The notes beneath the pieces were generated by a model, which saw only the letters and a program-made list of their open reading frames with translations, was not told where the DNA came from and ran no database searches. This document shows positions 15,000 through 27,739 of a stretch of DNA of 64,000 nt, piece by piece (the stretch's first letter is position 1; every line of letters begins with the position of its first letter). This DNA is from the human T2T-CHM13v2.0 reference genome, Homo sapiens. Location: the NCBI RefSeq assembly GCF_009914755.1, contig NC_060926.1. One strand, 5' to 3'. The position numbers were made by a program, and so were the translations under genes.

Positions 15000-16669
15000 A
15001 CTCCGGTTGTAAAAGTGTAGCTCATCCCAACTCAGTGTTTTGGTAACAAAATATGACTCAGAGATCCTTAATCTCTAGTGCAGATTTTTAAGGGGATTGT
15101 TTTTGAATTATTCAACAAAGTGAGTAGGGTAGGGAAGCAAAGAAATTCTTTGTGTAGATGAATCATTTGTAATTTGAAGAACACTGGATAGCTATAAACC
15201 AAACTTTATATTTCATTTCCTAGAACATAGATGTGTGTACATGTATAGAGAATATATATTTTAATTTCACATGACAGAATCCTAAGGAACACTTAATTTT
15301 TTAAAAAGTACTTATAAACCTTTTAATCTGTGGAAGCTAGAAAAAATTTTATATAACTTTTCCTGTTTATGTGGAGTGAAATTCTTCAGCTAGTTTGAAA
15401 AAGATGAAAGTCCTGACATATTTGATAAATTACATCACTCACAAATCAGTAAGTCAGCAGATGGTGCTAATGAAGATTACAACGGGCACTCCCAAATGTA
15501 TCACTTTCTTAAATTCAGTGAACCATCTGGCAAATAGAAATCATTGGCTATAAATAGTATTGCAAAAAATACAAACAGGCCAAGGGAAATTCCTAATATG
15601 CATAGGGTCAGTAGCATTATGTTCATATAAAAAAAGTGCTTTCGTATATAATTATCTCTTTCATAAGAAACCAGAAGTGCACTACTGTATTGTTATCTCT
15701 CGATAAGAATATGAAATTGTCGAAAGAATATTCAAAACCCATTTAATGAAAACCAAATAGGAATTCACAAATATTATTACATGTAAAAATATATTCAAAT
15801 GCAAAAGTACATTTGACCAAAAAAGAAAAAAAAAAAAGATTCCTGAATGGGCAAAGGTTTTTCCCCATCCCCACTTCTTTCAGCCTTCCATCTCCTGTAA
15901 TAAAAAGATCATTTTTCTTTATCATATTCTTTTTAATTCTAAAGATTCTGATCAGAGAAAGAAATAATCAATTCCACAAAATTCATTCACCAAAAAATTA
16001 TTTGAAATCCTAATTCATAGTATAAATAATACTGTTAACAATAAGCTTTATCATAATACAAAGTAATCTTTCCAAAGCAGAATGTCTGTGTTATATTTCT
16101 AGCTTAAATGATCTTGTCAGAAACTGATGACCTCCTACAATAGTTCTATAGAAATAGTTTTTTATATTTATATGCATATATGTGTTTGTATATATATGCA
16201 CACATACAGAAATAGAAAATTGTGTGTCAAAAATATACACACTTCCACCTACATATACACTTACTGAGATATAGTAGCTGTAATTTTTATAGGCAGCTCA
16301 AGAAATCAAGAAAATATATTTATTCCATGATTCCCCCCAAACCAAGCACATAATGTGTAGTATCCCCAAACTATTTTTAGTTGTTATGTACAAATTATGT
16401 GGAAAACTAATGAACACATAAAGATGGGAAAGGGGAAGGAACTGAATCATGGTATAATAAGAATAATAAAACATTTTTCTATTTAAAATGCATTTAGTGA
16501 ACTTGACACATTGCCCTTCATTATTAAACAACTTAAAAGACTTTCCAAGTATTTGTCTACCTATCTTGAATCAATTTCATCACTCAGATTAATTGACTCA
16601 TATAATATTACCCAAAAGGTAATGTTAAATGACTACAAGCCCACCAGGGCATATGAAAATGTGTGTATA

Positions 16670-16700
<31 letters not shown>

Positions 16701-16706
16701 CACACA
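16670..16706. repeat. Interrupted (CA)n microsatellite
   Basis: Seen directly. Confidence 0.95.
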
Positions 16707-18369
16707 GTCTGCGTATCTAAAAGTTTAGTTATATTTTCCAGTTGAACATAAATATGTAGTATAATAAATAATAAAATATAATTATCCTTTATTAACAGTT
16801 TCAAGAAAGGTAGGATCACAAAAATGAAACATAATTGATGGCTGGTAGGTGTAAAAAATATGTAAAATTAGTTTATTCTACTGATTTCATAATTGGATGG
16901 CATATTCTACTAACAGAGCAGCAAGGGTGCAAAGATTGAAATTTAAACCCCTAATTAAGCAGTAGTTTGACAGTTCTAATGTCCTGTACCTGCTTGACAC
17001 CATGACTCAGTAAGCAATCTCAAATGAAAATTAATACCGTCTATAGTATAATCTTAGTTATAAGTAACAGCTGATCGTGTTTAGAAAATGAAAACCTCAA
17101 GTGTTCAAAAATGCTTGTGCTCACCAAAAACAACAAAAACTTCTATATAGTTTTACTCATTCAAGAAACAGCAATTTGTAATAATAAAAAATGGTTTGTG
17201 GATTCACTTACAACATCTTGATTACTGTCATTTGATCATAACACAACTGCAACCAACCCGGCTGCCATGTCAGCTTCTCTTCAGGGGCTAGGTCTTTAGT
17301 CATAAATCAATGAAATGACTAATTCAATGACTAATGCTTGCAGCCATTCCAGTTTTTGCATCTCACAAAATGTCAATATAGCTACTCAATAACACAATAG
17401 ACTTATCTTTCAAAATGCTTCCTTCTTTTCTAGGGTTGAAAAATAACACATTACCATTTACATTTAGGGTGAACTTCAGTAACTAAAGTGTTCAATACTT
17501 CTGAAATGGTGACCTGCTAAAATAACAACAGTTTTAGTCTCCTCTTGTGGCCAAAGTCACAAACCTCTCCTCTCCTCTTTCTTGATGGTTTAAAATAGTT
17601 TTCCAGATCTAAAAGACCCATGAAAGTATTTATTACTGTTTCCTGCATCAGTCTTATTTGCTATAGTAACATTACATGTTAATCTTAAAAAACAAAAACT
17701 TTTTCTTTTGCTAAAGAAGCAACTAATAATGCAAATGGAGCTTAGATGTAAACATTACCAAAAAACAAGATGCTAACACAATTAAAAGGATTTAGTAGTT
17801 AAAATGGATTTTAACTATTTACATCTGCTTTCAGTGTTATAAATGATGAAAACCTAGTGTTCATATCCCTCATAATAAAAATTTATTCTGCACTTTAATA
17901 CAAAGGCTATGTTGCATAAACAGAGAGGATTTAAAGCTGTAGCAGAGTGGCTGAATGAAAGGAAAATGGCAATCTTTCTGGCTCCAGTAGATGCCATTCC
18001 CTATCACACAATATTTCCCACTCATAAATATATGACAAATACTTCCTCAATCATTTTTTACGAGCAGGGATGCACAGGGGGTAGTCAATGGCTAGCTTGA
18101 GGGAAAATAGGAACAGCAGGCGGCAGAAACTGTACAGAAAATGGCTATGTGGTAAATTCTCTTCTGGAACATCATTCAGTTACCCAGTCTTTGATCTTTC
18201 AGCTACAATTACACTAACTTCCACAAGATCTGGATCCCTCCCAACCCTCCCCCCAAGACATACACACACCAACCCCAAGCCAGATCATTAGTTATACATA
18301 AAACCTATTAAGATTTGGTTTTATAAAATAGGATCATTCATACCTCTACATTATTATAAATTAAAATTT

Positions 18370-19080
18370 GCTATTTAGACAAGGGTTTACTTTCAATTGG
18401 CTATAACCATGTCATCATCACAACTGGTCTCACAAAAAACATGGGGTGTCTGGCGACAGCTAAATCACAGACTGGCGTCTCCTAAGCAGTCTGTCTACCA
18501 TTAGGGTCTGGGAAATGGTATTTACTATACAATTAGAGCCAGGGAGTTCTACCTGTAATCATCCAAATACAGGTGTGAGAAGTCCCTTTGGGCAAGGAAA
18601 CTGACTCATCCCTTTTCATGTAAACTTTGATGTCTGTATTGTTTCACAGAGCCTCAGGAAACCTTACCATTCATACCACAATGAGAAGATTTATTAACTG
18701 AGGTCAAGTAATAAATTTTAAAATTCATTCCTAAAGGTAACAATTTTTAACACATTAATCATCAAATTTATAAGAATTTGAAAGGCGACAGAACTGATTA
18801 TTTTAAAGTTAATTACCTGATGGAGGATACTGACCAGCTGAATGAAATCTTTATGTTAAATTTATGCTTTTTAGAACATTACCAATAAAGAGGCTAAATT
18901 CATCTTCCTATCAGGAACACAAAATGTCTTATAGTAATATCAACAGGGCATTTTTAGTTGCAGTAATTTCACAGAATTTATTCTAATGATTTATTGGAGT
19001 TAACCATCTGACATTAATTATTGTTTTGGCTTCCAGTCTATGAATGTTTATTTTTCAGTTTAAAGCCTTCTCACTCTTTG
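18370..19080. promoter_or_regulatory. Candidate conserved non-coding element/enhancer in intron 7
   Basis: Repeat-free sequence with TTAATTA, CAGCTG, CATCTG and TGATTTAT motifs. Conservation is inferred, not measured. Confidence 0.5.
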
Positions 19081-19906
19081 ATATCATATGGAAATGAGAA
19101 TTTTTAATGGAAAATTGAAACCATGTGCATCTAAGTACTTAATGAAGTACAGGGAGAAACAGACAATATAGTTTAGGAGAATTCAGATATTTTGCTTTGG
19201 ATAGTTTTGATTTGTTTGTATGACTCAATAGTATAAAATACTTAAGAGTCCAGTGAGGCAAGTCAAAGTGAGTGGTATGCCAAATGTGGACATGCCCACA
19301 GGTACATGAACATATAATTTTCTGAAGTTATCAGTGATAGTAACAAATCTTGTACATTTTGGTTACATGCCAAAAATGACAATCAATACATGAATGCATA
19401 GTTTTTACCTCGATGTACTTTTAAAGCATTTGAAACAGGTACTGGTCTTTCCCCACACACAGTCTTTTTTTTTTTTTTTTTAAAGCATTCAATCTGGATT
19501 TTAAAATTCATGCCCAGCTACAACCCCAGGTGGGTATTTTAAAGTCACTTATAATATCAACACAGCTAGAAATTCCTAGTGTAAGAAGTTTTATTGTTGT
19601 GACTACATTTATTCTCATTTTGCAATGGAAATAAACGATAATGTCTAATAAACTTACATTTGATAAGTAAATGTATATAATTCAATATTGCTTATTTAAT
19701 TCAGTTTTTCTTAAGTTCTCTAAGTCAATTAGAAGACTCATCTGTGAAGGTAAATACCAAGCACAGCTTTCTCATCCATTTTAAACTTTTTAGTAAGGAG
19801 AAAAATATTAAAATTAAACATTGCCGTTAAGTACATATATGTGGGTGTGTGTTTGTGTGTGTACAGAGATGATGCATCTGGGTATATCTGGTGAGGAAAA
19901 ACTTAC

Positions 19907-20004
19907 CATTTGTTTTTCTTTCTAATGTAGTCTTTTTCAGAAAGATTAACCAAGTAGACCATTGGTTTTGAAGTCAAAAATAAGTGTTTATTCAACACTT
20001 CAAT
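19907..20004 (-). CDS. OLA1: OLA1 coding exon 7 (98 nt, phase 0 to 2): [32 protein letters not shown](W)
   Basis: Minus strand reads ctttag|ATTGAAGTG...AACAAATG|gtaagt. Contains LTSKP and the NLSE G4-variant motif of YchF/OLA1 ATPases. A 317-nt intron separates it from exon 6. Confidence 0.98.
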
Positions 20005-20321
20005 CTAAAGTGGGAGATGGAGAAAGAATCCCTTTTAAAAGTTTAGTAAATATGGAGTAAATCACTGAAGAATTTGAAAGTAAACATTCCTTAAAACAAG
20101 TAGGCATTTTCATTTTTATAATTCTTCTTTCCAAAAGATTAGTGGTTATGAAATATCATGAGTGGGGGAAAAGAAAAAAATAACAAGTCCAGGAATAAGC
20201 AATCACTGACAGAAATAAAAATTTAGATATAATGGTAAGTGTAAAATAACAACAACTCTAATTTGTTCCCTAGCAAATGAAAGCAAAGGCAGTAATAGAT
20301 GGCATGATATTTACAACTTAC

Positions 20322-20402
20322 CTCTTTGTCATTCCAATCATGATAGAAGCGAACAGGTTTCTTTTGATCTATAACCCAGGATTTTACTTTGCACATTATA
20401 TC
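20322..20402 (-). CDS. OLA1: OLA1 coding exon 6 (81 nt, phase 0-0): [27 protein letters not shown]
   Basis: Minus strand reads tgtag|GATATAATG...GACAAAGAG|gtaagt and continues the exon 5 frame. Confidence 0.98.
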
Positions 20403-20937
20403 CTACACATGATTGAGAAAAAGGTAAATATATATGAATAACTAAACATTTAGATACTAAATATTAAAAAGTTTTCAAATTTTCAAAATAAAAATAGATT
20501 GTTTTAATGAAAGGGGGCTAGGTCACACAAATAATTATTTTCAATATCTCATTTAAAAACCAATTACTAATAAAACATTGTGGCATTAAATTTTTAATGT
20601 ATAAAATGGACAATATTAGCAAAAATTAGTAACAGCCTGAAAAATGTCAAGACAATTCAATTACATCAAAGACTAATACAAGAGTTACTACCATTTCAAT
20701 ATTACCTAGTGATGCCATATAGAAGACAAACATGCTATTAGAAAATGGAGTGAGGGGATATACTGAAGAAAGACTAAATTATATTTTTCCCCTAAGAAGA
20801 AAAACAAACAAGACAAAATTGAGCCTATTATCGATGATCCAGCCTCCAAAATATTAAATCAACTGACCAGATCCCTTTTTATTTTAGATTAATTTTTTGC
20901 CAACACCTTCTCCCTGCCCACTTCTCCCGCAGCCGCA

Positions 20938-20967
20938 CCCCCAATACCCCCAACTCCCCCACCCCCC
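20938..20967 (-). other. G-quadruplex/i-motif sequence G6-T-G5-AGTT-G5-TATT-G5
   Basis: Plus strand reads ccccc aata ccccc aact ccccc a cccccc. Confidence 0.8.
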
Positions 20968-20969
20968 GA

Positions 20970-22160
20970 ACCTGCCAAAGCCTCCATTACACAATGGCAA
21001 GAGCCCTGCACTGGTGACCTCCAACCAGCTGCATTCACTTTCAGAACATCTCTCTCTGCTGGAAATCTAAAGGCCTTTTAGTTAGCAAGCTAGTGTGCAT
21101 TCAGAAGGAGTAACTGCAGGAAGAGCCCAATGTGCTTTGTTTCTCTGGCCTTTCTTCACAGAAAGATTAATCATCTGTGAAATGGAAACGGCAAACAGCA
21201 AGTGACACAAACTGAACCCTTCAAGCCTTTCCTCATCAGTTTTGTGGTTCTGAATCTAAAAGCTGCGTGTGGCAAGGTTCTCCTTACAGGCAGGTGTTAA
21301 TAAAAGGCTCTGGGGTCTGAAAGGTCAAATTTAGCTCTTCCAGAAGAAGTGCATTTGAGAGTCATCTGGGTGTCTGTTGTTGTTGTTACTAAAGATAATT
21401 TATGGATATGTTTTAAATATGCATTTCTCAAAATTTATTGTAACACAATTATTAGTAATCAATTTCCTGGATTTTTATCAATGTATTTTACTTTACCATA
21501 ATCAGTTATTCTTCTTTAAATATCCATTTGTATAAATTATCTCAATATTTAGTATACCTTCCTTCCAAATTTTGCTGTTACCAACAGGAAAAATAAGGAA
21601 AAAGCCTTATATCCTTAGATCCTGATTTGAAACCCTCCAGGCAAAGGACTTCCCACAGATTTTAACAAGGAAGGGGCAAGCTGAAAACTTTTAATGAAAT
21701 CTAACATGTTCGGCTTAAGAATAATCACTTTTACTCTTCTATAACTGAATTTCACTCATAAATGTTTAAAAGTGGCTAATGTAACACCATTTCCTACAAG
21801 GAGAAGATCAAAGTGCTATATTACAAATGCATTATGATTAAAAAAGCCCTGTGCAGCCTTGCTATTAACTGTTCTTTAAACCCTAAAAGGCTTCCCATAG
21901 ATCTCACTTGGCACTGCATATACAACCTTTGACAAGTAATGTAGACCATTTTTATTCATTGCCTAAAATTGTAGGCAATTATGTGCGTCACACTGGCCAC
22001 CTGCAAATTCTGAATGCCTGCTCTAGTTGTCAGTGCAAAAAACTAATGTCGGAGGGGATTAATCTAGGGGGAGAGAGTCCTCTTTAATGGCTCCAGCAGG
22101 TGAAATGGCCCAGCTGGTTACTATGATGAGTGGCCAGAACAGCTTATGTAGAGACACGCA
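20970..22160. promoter_or_regulatory. Candidate conserved enhancer block in intron 5
   Basis: Repeat-free unique sequence with ACAATG (Sox), AGATCAAAG and CCTTTGA (TCF/LEF), GGATTA and E-box motifs. Confidence 0.5.
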
Positions 22161-23289
22161 ACAAGATTATACAAAAGAAAGAAAAAACAGTCGTACCATC
22201 TTATATTTGGTTCCATTAGTTTTTTCAATTAAAGAAAGAAAACAGACAAAAGAAAGCCAAACAAAAAATAGGGGAAGAAATTAAATTTTAATCATATAAA
22301 AAGTATAAAATACTTCTGTAACTACAAACATTTTTACAAAACCTCAGAGCCTCAATAAGTGCTGATCACCAGTGAAGGAATTTCAGTATTTCTCTTTCAT
22401 TTTAAATTAACTGGACCATTATTTCAGATATAGAAATCTTATCACAAAAGCATTTTGGCATTTGCTTTTTCTCACATTACAAATTACATTACAAATTAGA
22501 AGCACTCAAAAAATTTTTTGCAGTCAAGTTTTAATTAAATAGAATTCACTTATAATCAAAGTTCTTGAACAGCACAGTATTCCTTAAAGCCACATTCAAA
22601 TATTTTTAGAGAAATTTATATATTATAACCTAGTTTTTGGACAGTTGAAATAAAAACATTTTGTACTCAGTGCTCTCTTAATTATTCCCACAAAAGATTT
22701 AACAGCCAAGAAAAGACAACTTAGATTTACTAAAAGATGTCAGTTTTATTTAAGACAAATCAAAAATAGATTGCTTTTCAGATAAGACTATCTTATATAA
22801 ATGATCAGTATATGGTATAGTTTCAATGTGCTCTTTTTCTTACATAAAGTAAAAATTCTAATTTTAGCAAAAAATTAAAAGATGTTATATTCTTTATCGG
22901 AAAAACTTCTAAACAGATGAAAGAAAACATTTGGGCTTGTTTGGATATAATACTTATTGGTTGATTGAATTTATTTCCTTATGTTCATATATATAAATAC
23001 ATATATAAATAACGATGATTAGAACAATAAAAGGTTCCAGTTAACTGAGCTTGGTTAACTGGAAAAAAAAATTGAATACCCAATGCATTCAGAAGTTGCC
23101 TTAGGTTCCATATTTCTTTACTATCATTATATAGAAATGCAGATGTAGGGGTACTAAATTGGGCTGTTTTGGTAACTTTAACAAATCCCTCATTTTCAAA
23201 ATAAATTCTGTACATTATAGAGATACATAAAAATTCCTGGTCATTTGAACTTTTCGGTTAGACTGCAGTTACATGAGTGGACTAATTCA

Positions 23290-23480
23290 AGAGGTAACAG
23301 TATAATGCTTAAGCATGGGAATAAATCCTAGCCACTTACCAGGTCTGTGACCTACTTCATTGATAAAATGCAGAGGATGAGATCTACCTCCTAGGGAGTG
23401 TTGTGAAGATTAAAAGAGATAGTGCATATAGTGTTTAGCACAGTTCTTGGCACAGAATGAATTCTCAATAAATGTGAGTA
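23290..23480 (+). mobile_element. MIR
   Basis: gccacttacc...tgtgacc...gttgtgaagattaaa...ttagcacagt.cttggcacag...ctcaataaat. Confidence 0.75.
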
Positions 23481-23869
23481 GTTGCCATTGTTGTTATGAT
23501 TGCTGAAAGATTAAATCCCAGTGATCTACAAAATGGCAATATGTTCTCTTGGGTGCTCCTTTAAAGCATATGTATACTTTTTCATCTGTATAATTGTTCA
23601 CTAGTCCTTTTCTTCAAATTTCTGAGTTTCTAAAAATACTGGCTTTTTTCATGAAATCTCAAGTCAGGCTTCTAATCTTAACATTCTGCAAGAACTAGCT
23701 TTTGCTAAATGACTATCTTTTAACTGCAAAGAAACTTAACCCAAACTCACCTTGAATACCTCACTCTTCTGCTTTGACTCTTCTTACTCAGAGCTTCACA
23801 TTTAAAATTAGAAATGCTCTATTTTCTTGATATATTTTATTATTGTTATTGTTAACAGCAACTGTAATG

Positions 23870-23985
23870 TATTTAGACTCACAGCTTCATGTGTGACTTG
23901 CCTAAATTCCCACAGCTAGTAAGTGGCAGAGATGAGATTCAAATTCAGGTCTAAGTGACTTGAAGGTTCATGTTCTCTTCCATAC
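23870..23985 (-). mobile_element. MIR fragment
   Basis: gtgacttgcctaa...cacagctagtaagtggcagag...gattcaaa...aggtct. Confidence 0.75.
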
Positions 23986-24260
23986 CCTGGCATATTTGTC
24001 TTCCTTACTGCTTTTATAACTGTTCCTTGTTTAGCCTAGACATCCCCCAAGGTTGTTACCCAAAATCCTCATTCTCATTCAGGCTATCAGAGAAATTCAA
24101 TATTCTTATTTTAATTATTTGGGTACAATAGCTGATCATTAATCCATGTATCACAAAAATAGTAATTTTTCTTTGCAGACAATTATATAATAATCCAGTC
24201 ATTTATTATACATTCCTAAAATACTAGACTTCTCTATCTTGGTATCTTCAGTTCCCATAG

Positions 24261-24420
24261 CAGGAATTATTAACCTATGATCCATAAATAGATTGCAGGG
24301 GTTCCTTACCACCCTGAAACTGTACATAAAGTTCCGTTTATGTGCCTTTGAGGGAAGATGGCACATAACTTTCAAATGCTTTTCAAAGGGATCCATAATC
24401 CAAAAATCCAAGAACCATGG
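24261..24420. mobile_element. Short hAT-Charlie-type MITE relic
   Basis: cagg...aacct...ccctgaaactgta...tttcaaaggg...aagaacca.gg; subfamily uncertain. Confidence 0.55.
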
Positions 24421-24749
24421 CTATTAGTGACTTTGATGGCAATACTCAAATGTCCCAACAACAGTTAATTAAGTAAATGTTCTAGGTCCAGGGACTCCCA
24501 GACCAGAGGTTGAGACACTGACCCAAAACATGCTTTAGCCAGACCCTGCACTGAAAATTTCTCTATCCTGTCCAATACTGCACTGATAAAAATTCCACCT
24601 TTTATAATGTTTATCTAACAAATTCCAGTTAAAATCATAATAGGGATGTTGGAGAATATTATATATTAAATATATCATTATTCTAAAAGAACTACTTGCT
24701 CGAGGGTAAAAAAATGTTTAGGGAGAAAAATATAGGACTTGTCCTACTA

Positions 24750-25137
<388 letters not shown>

Positions 25138-25174
25138 TGAAAGAAATAAACATTTTTTTTTTAAATAAAATATA

Positions 25175-25588
<414 letters not shown>

Positions 25589-25654
25589 CTATATGTACAT
25601 TTGCATGGGAAAATGTCCAAAATATACTGCTAAGTGAGAACAGCAGGTTTAGAA

Positions 25655-25890
25655 CAATGGAATATGGTTAAGAATATGGATTTTGGCCATATTCCTCAAG
25701 ATCTGAGTTCAAGTCCTGGTTCTAACACTTTCTGGCTGAGTAATTTTGGGGAAGTTACCTAACCTCTCTCAGCTTGTTTCTGTGAAACTGTATAACTCCA
25801 ATAAAATATGGTGATTGTGAAAATAAAACAAGAAAATACATGTAAAACAACTGGCAAGTTCTAGGCACACAGTAAATACTCAATAAATAA
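25655..25890 (+). mobile_element. MIR
   Basis: ctgagttcaagtcctggttct...aagttacctaacctctct...ggcacacagtaaatactcaataaat. Confidence 0.75.
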
Positions 25891-25902
25891 TAATATTTAT
25901 GG

Positions 25903-26270
<368 letters not shown>

Positions 26271-26661
26271 CTATATATAATATATATAAATAGACATACT
26301 CAAATAATGAAACTGGTTAGATAACACACTAAATAATTAGCAATAGAAATCTCTAGAAGGTTAGATGCCAGACAGCTTTTCCCTTTCTGCCTTCTTTTTA
26401 AAACTACAACATTTTAAAAAATTTTAACCAACAAATATCACTGTTATAATAGGAAAAAAATAAAGGTATATTCACAGGGTAAGGGGAGAGGGGAAACTTC
26501 ATCTATTCTCTGTCCACCATCTGTAATCCTAAAATTTGATGGCTAAATGGATAGACTTGGTGGTTTATCAGGGTGACTCACTCTTATTCTGTAATAATTA
26601 TAACTTCCAAGTTATACTTACCTTCAGGAAAACCTGTCACCACAATTCTAATGCTGATATC

Positions 26662-27625
26662 CAGATGAACTGACTTATGCTGGTTAGGTAGCTTTAACAA
26701 AGACAGCCAACAATGCACTCAGACTACAAGAATTAGGGCAAGGCTTCCGGTTCAAAACAGTCGCTAGAAGTCCACTAATACAGCATCCTCCAACTATTCC
26801 CTTTAAACACCCGAAATTGAAGAAAAAAAATCAAACTAAGCTTTCTCTTATAAAATAGACCTCCACTGTGTATTCTACTAATGATGTTTGGGATCTCTCT
26901 GAATCACAGTATTAAGCATTTGTTGCTCTACTAGATAAATGCTGCTATTTATGGAGGCAGGAGTACTGATCCCTGGACAACATCTTTCTATATACCTGAA
27001 TGACTGAAACTCCCAGAAAAGGATTGGGCAATAATGAATGGAACTAGCAGTAATGCTCTACATGACTATGCGTGTATGGGGGTGAGGGGAACCCCCCAAG
27101 AATTAACACAATAGGCTAATTCTAGCAATAACCTTGGTAGAATACATGCTGCCAATTGTAGGCTTTCAGTTATATGATTCACTGAAGTAGATAGTAAGAC
27201 CACCCCCAGAATATAATGTTCCTGGCCCCTGTCTGCAATAAAGTGGCAACCAAAATGGACACCAATTTACTTCTGAGGCATAGATCTCAGCAAAGGATCT
27301 GGCTATTAGTAAAGAGAAGAAGGCAACTGTCCCTATGATTCCTGAAAATAAGTTTGAATGCATTTTACCATGTTTGAGGAAGGGTCTGGAGGTTGTGGGG
27401 AAGCCAACAAATCTGATTTTAATAAAAGGAATACTGATAATTTATGGAAAGTAGAGTCATAGAAAAAACACATCTTTAAAAATGACTGAGAAACAAAAAA
27501 ACCTCAATGAATTATTTGTCATACTTAGTAGAATGCAAAAAGATAAGAGCATCTACACAATAGGAGCAGATGAACTGACTTATGCTGGTTAGGAAGCTTT
27601 AACAAAGACAGCCAACAATGCACTC
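26662..27625 (+). repeat. 59-bp direct repeat (26662-26720 and 27567-27625), 58/59 identical
   Basis: cagatgaactgacttatgctggttagg[t/a]agctttaacaaagacagccaacaatgcactc occurs twice. Confidence 0.97.
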
Positions 27626-27739
27626 GAGGTCACAAAAAGAGAACAGTGAGGTTAGAAAAAAATGGATGAGATATATCTAGAGAGTTGATAAAAGTACAAA
27701 TATTTTTAATGAAACCAAAATCAAAGTAGGAAAATAAAT

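Noticed and set aside
26662-27625. Mini LTR element (TRIM) or TSD-flanked insertion
   Set aside because: The repeats lack TG...CA ends, PBS/PPT and an outer TSD, and 59 bp is too long for an ordinary TSD. Kept only as a duplication.
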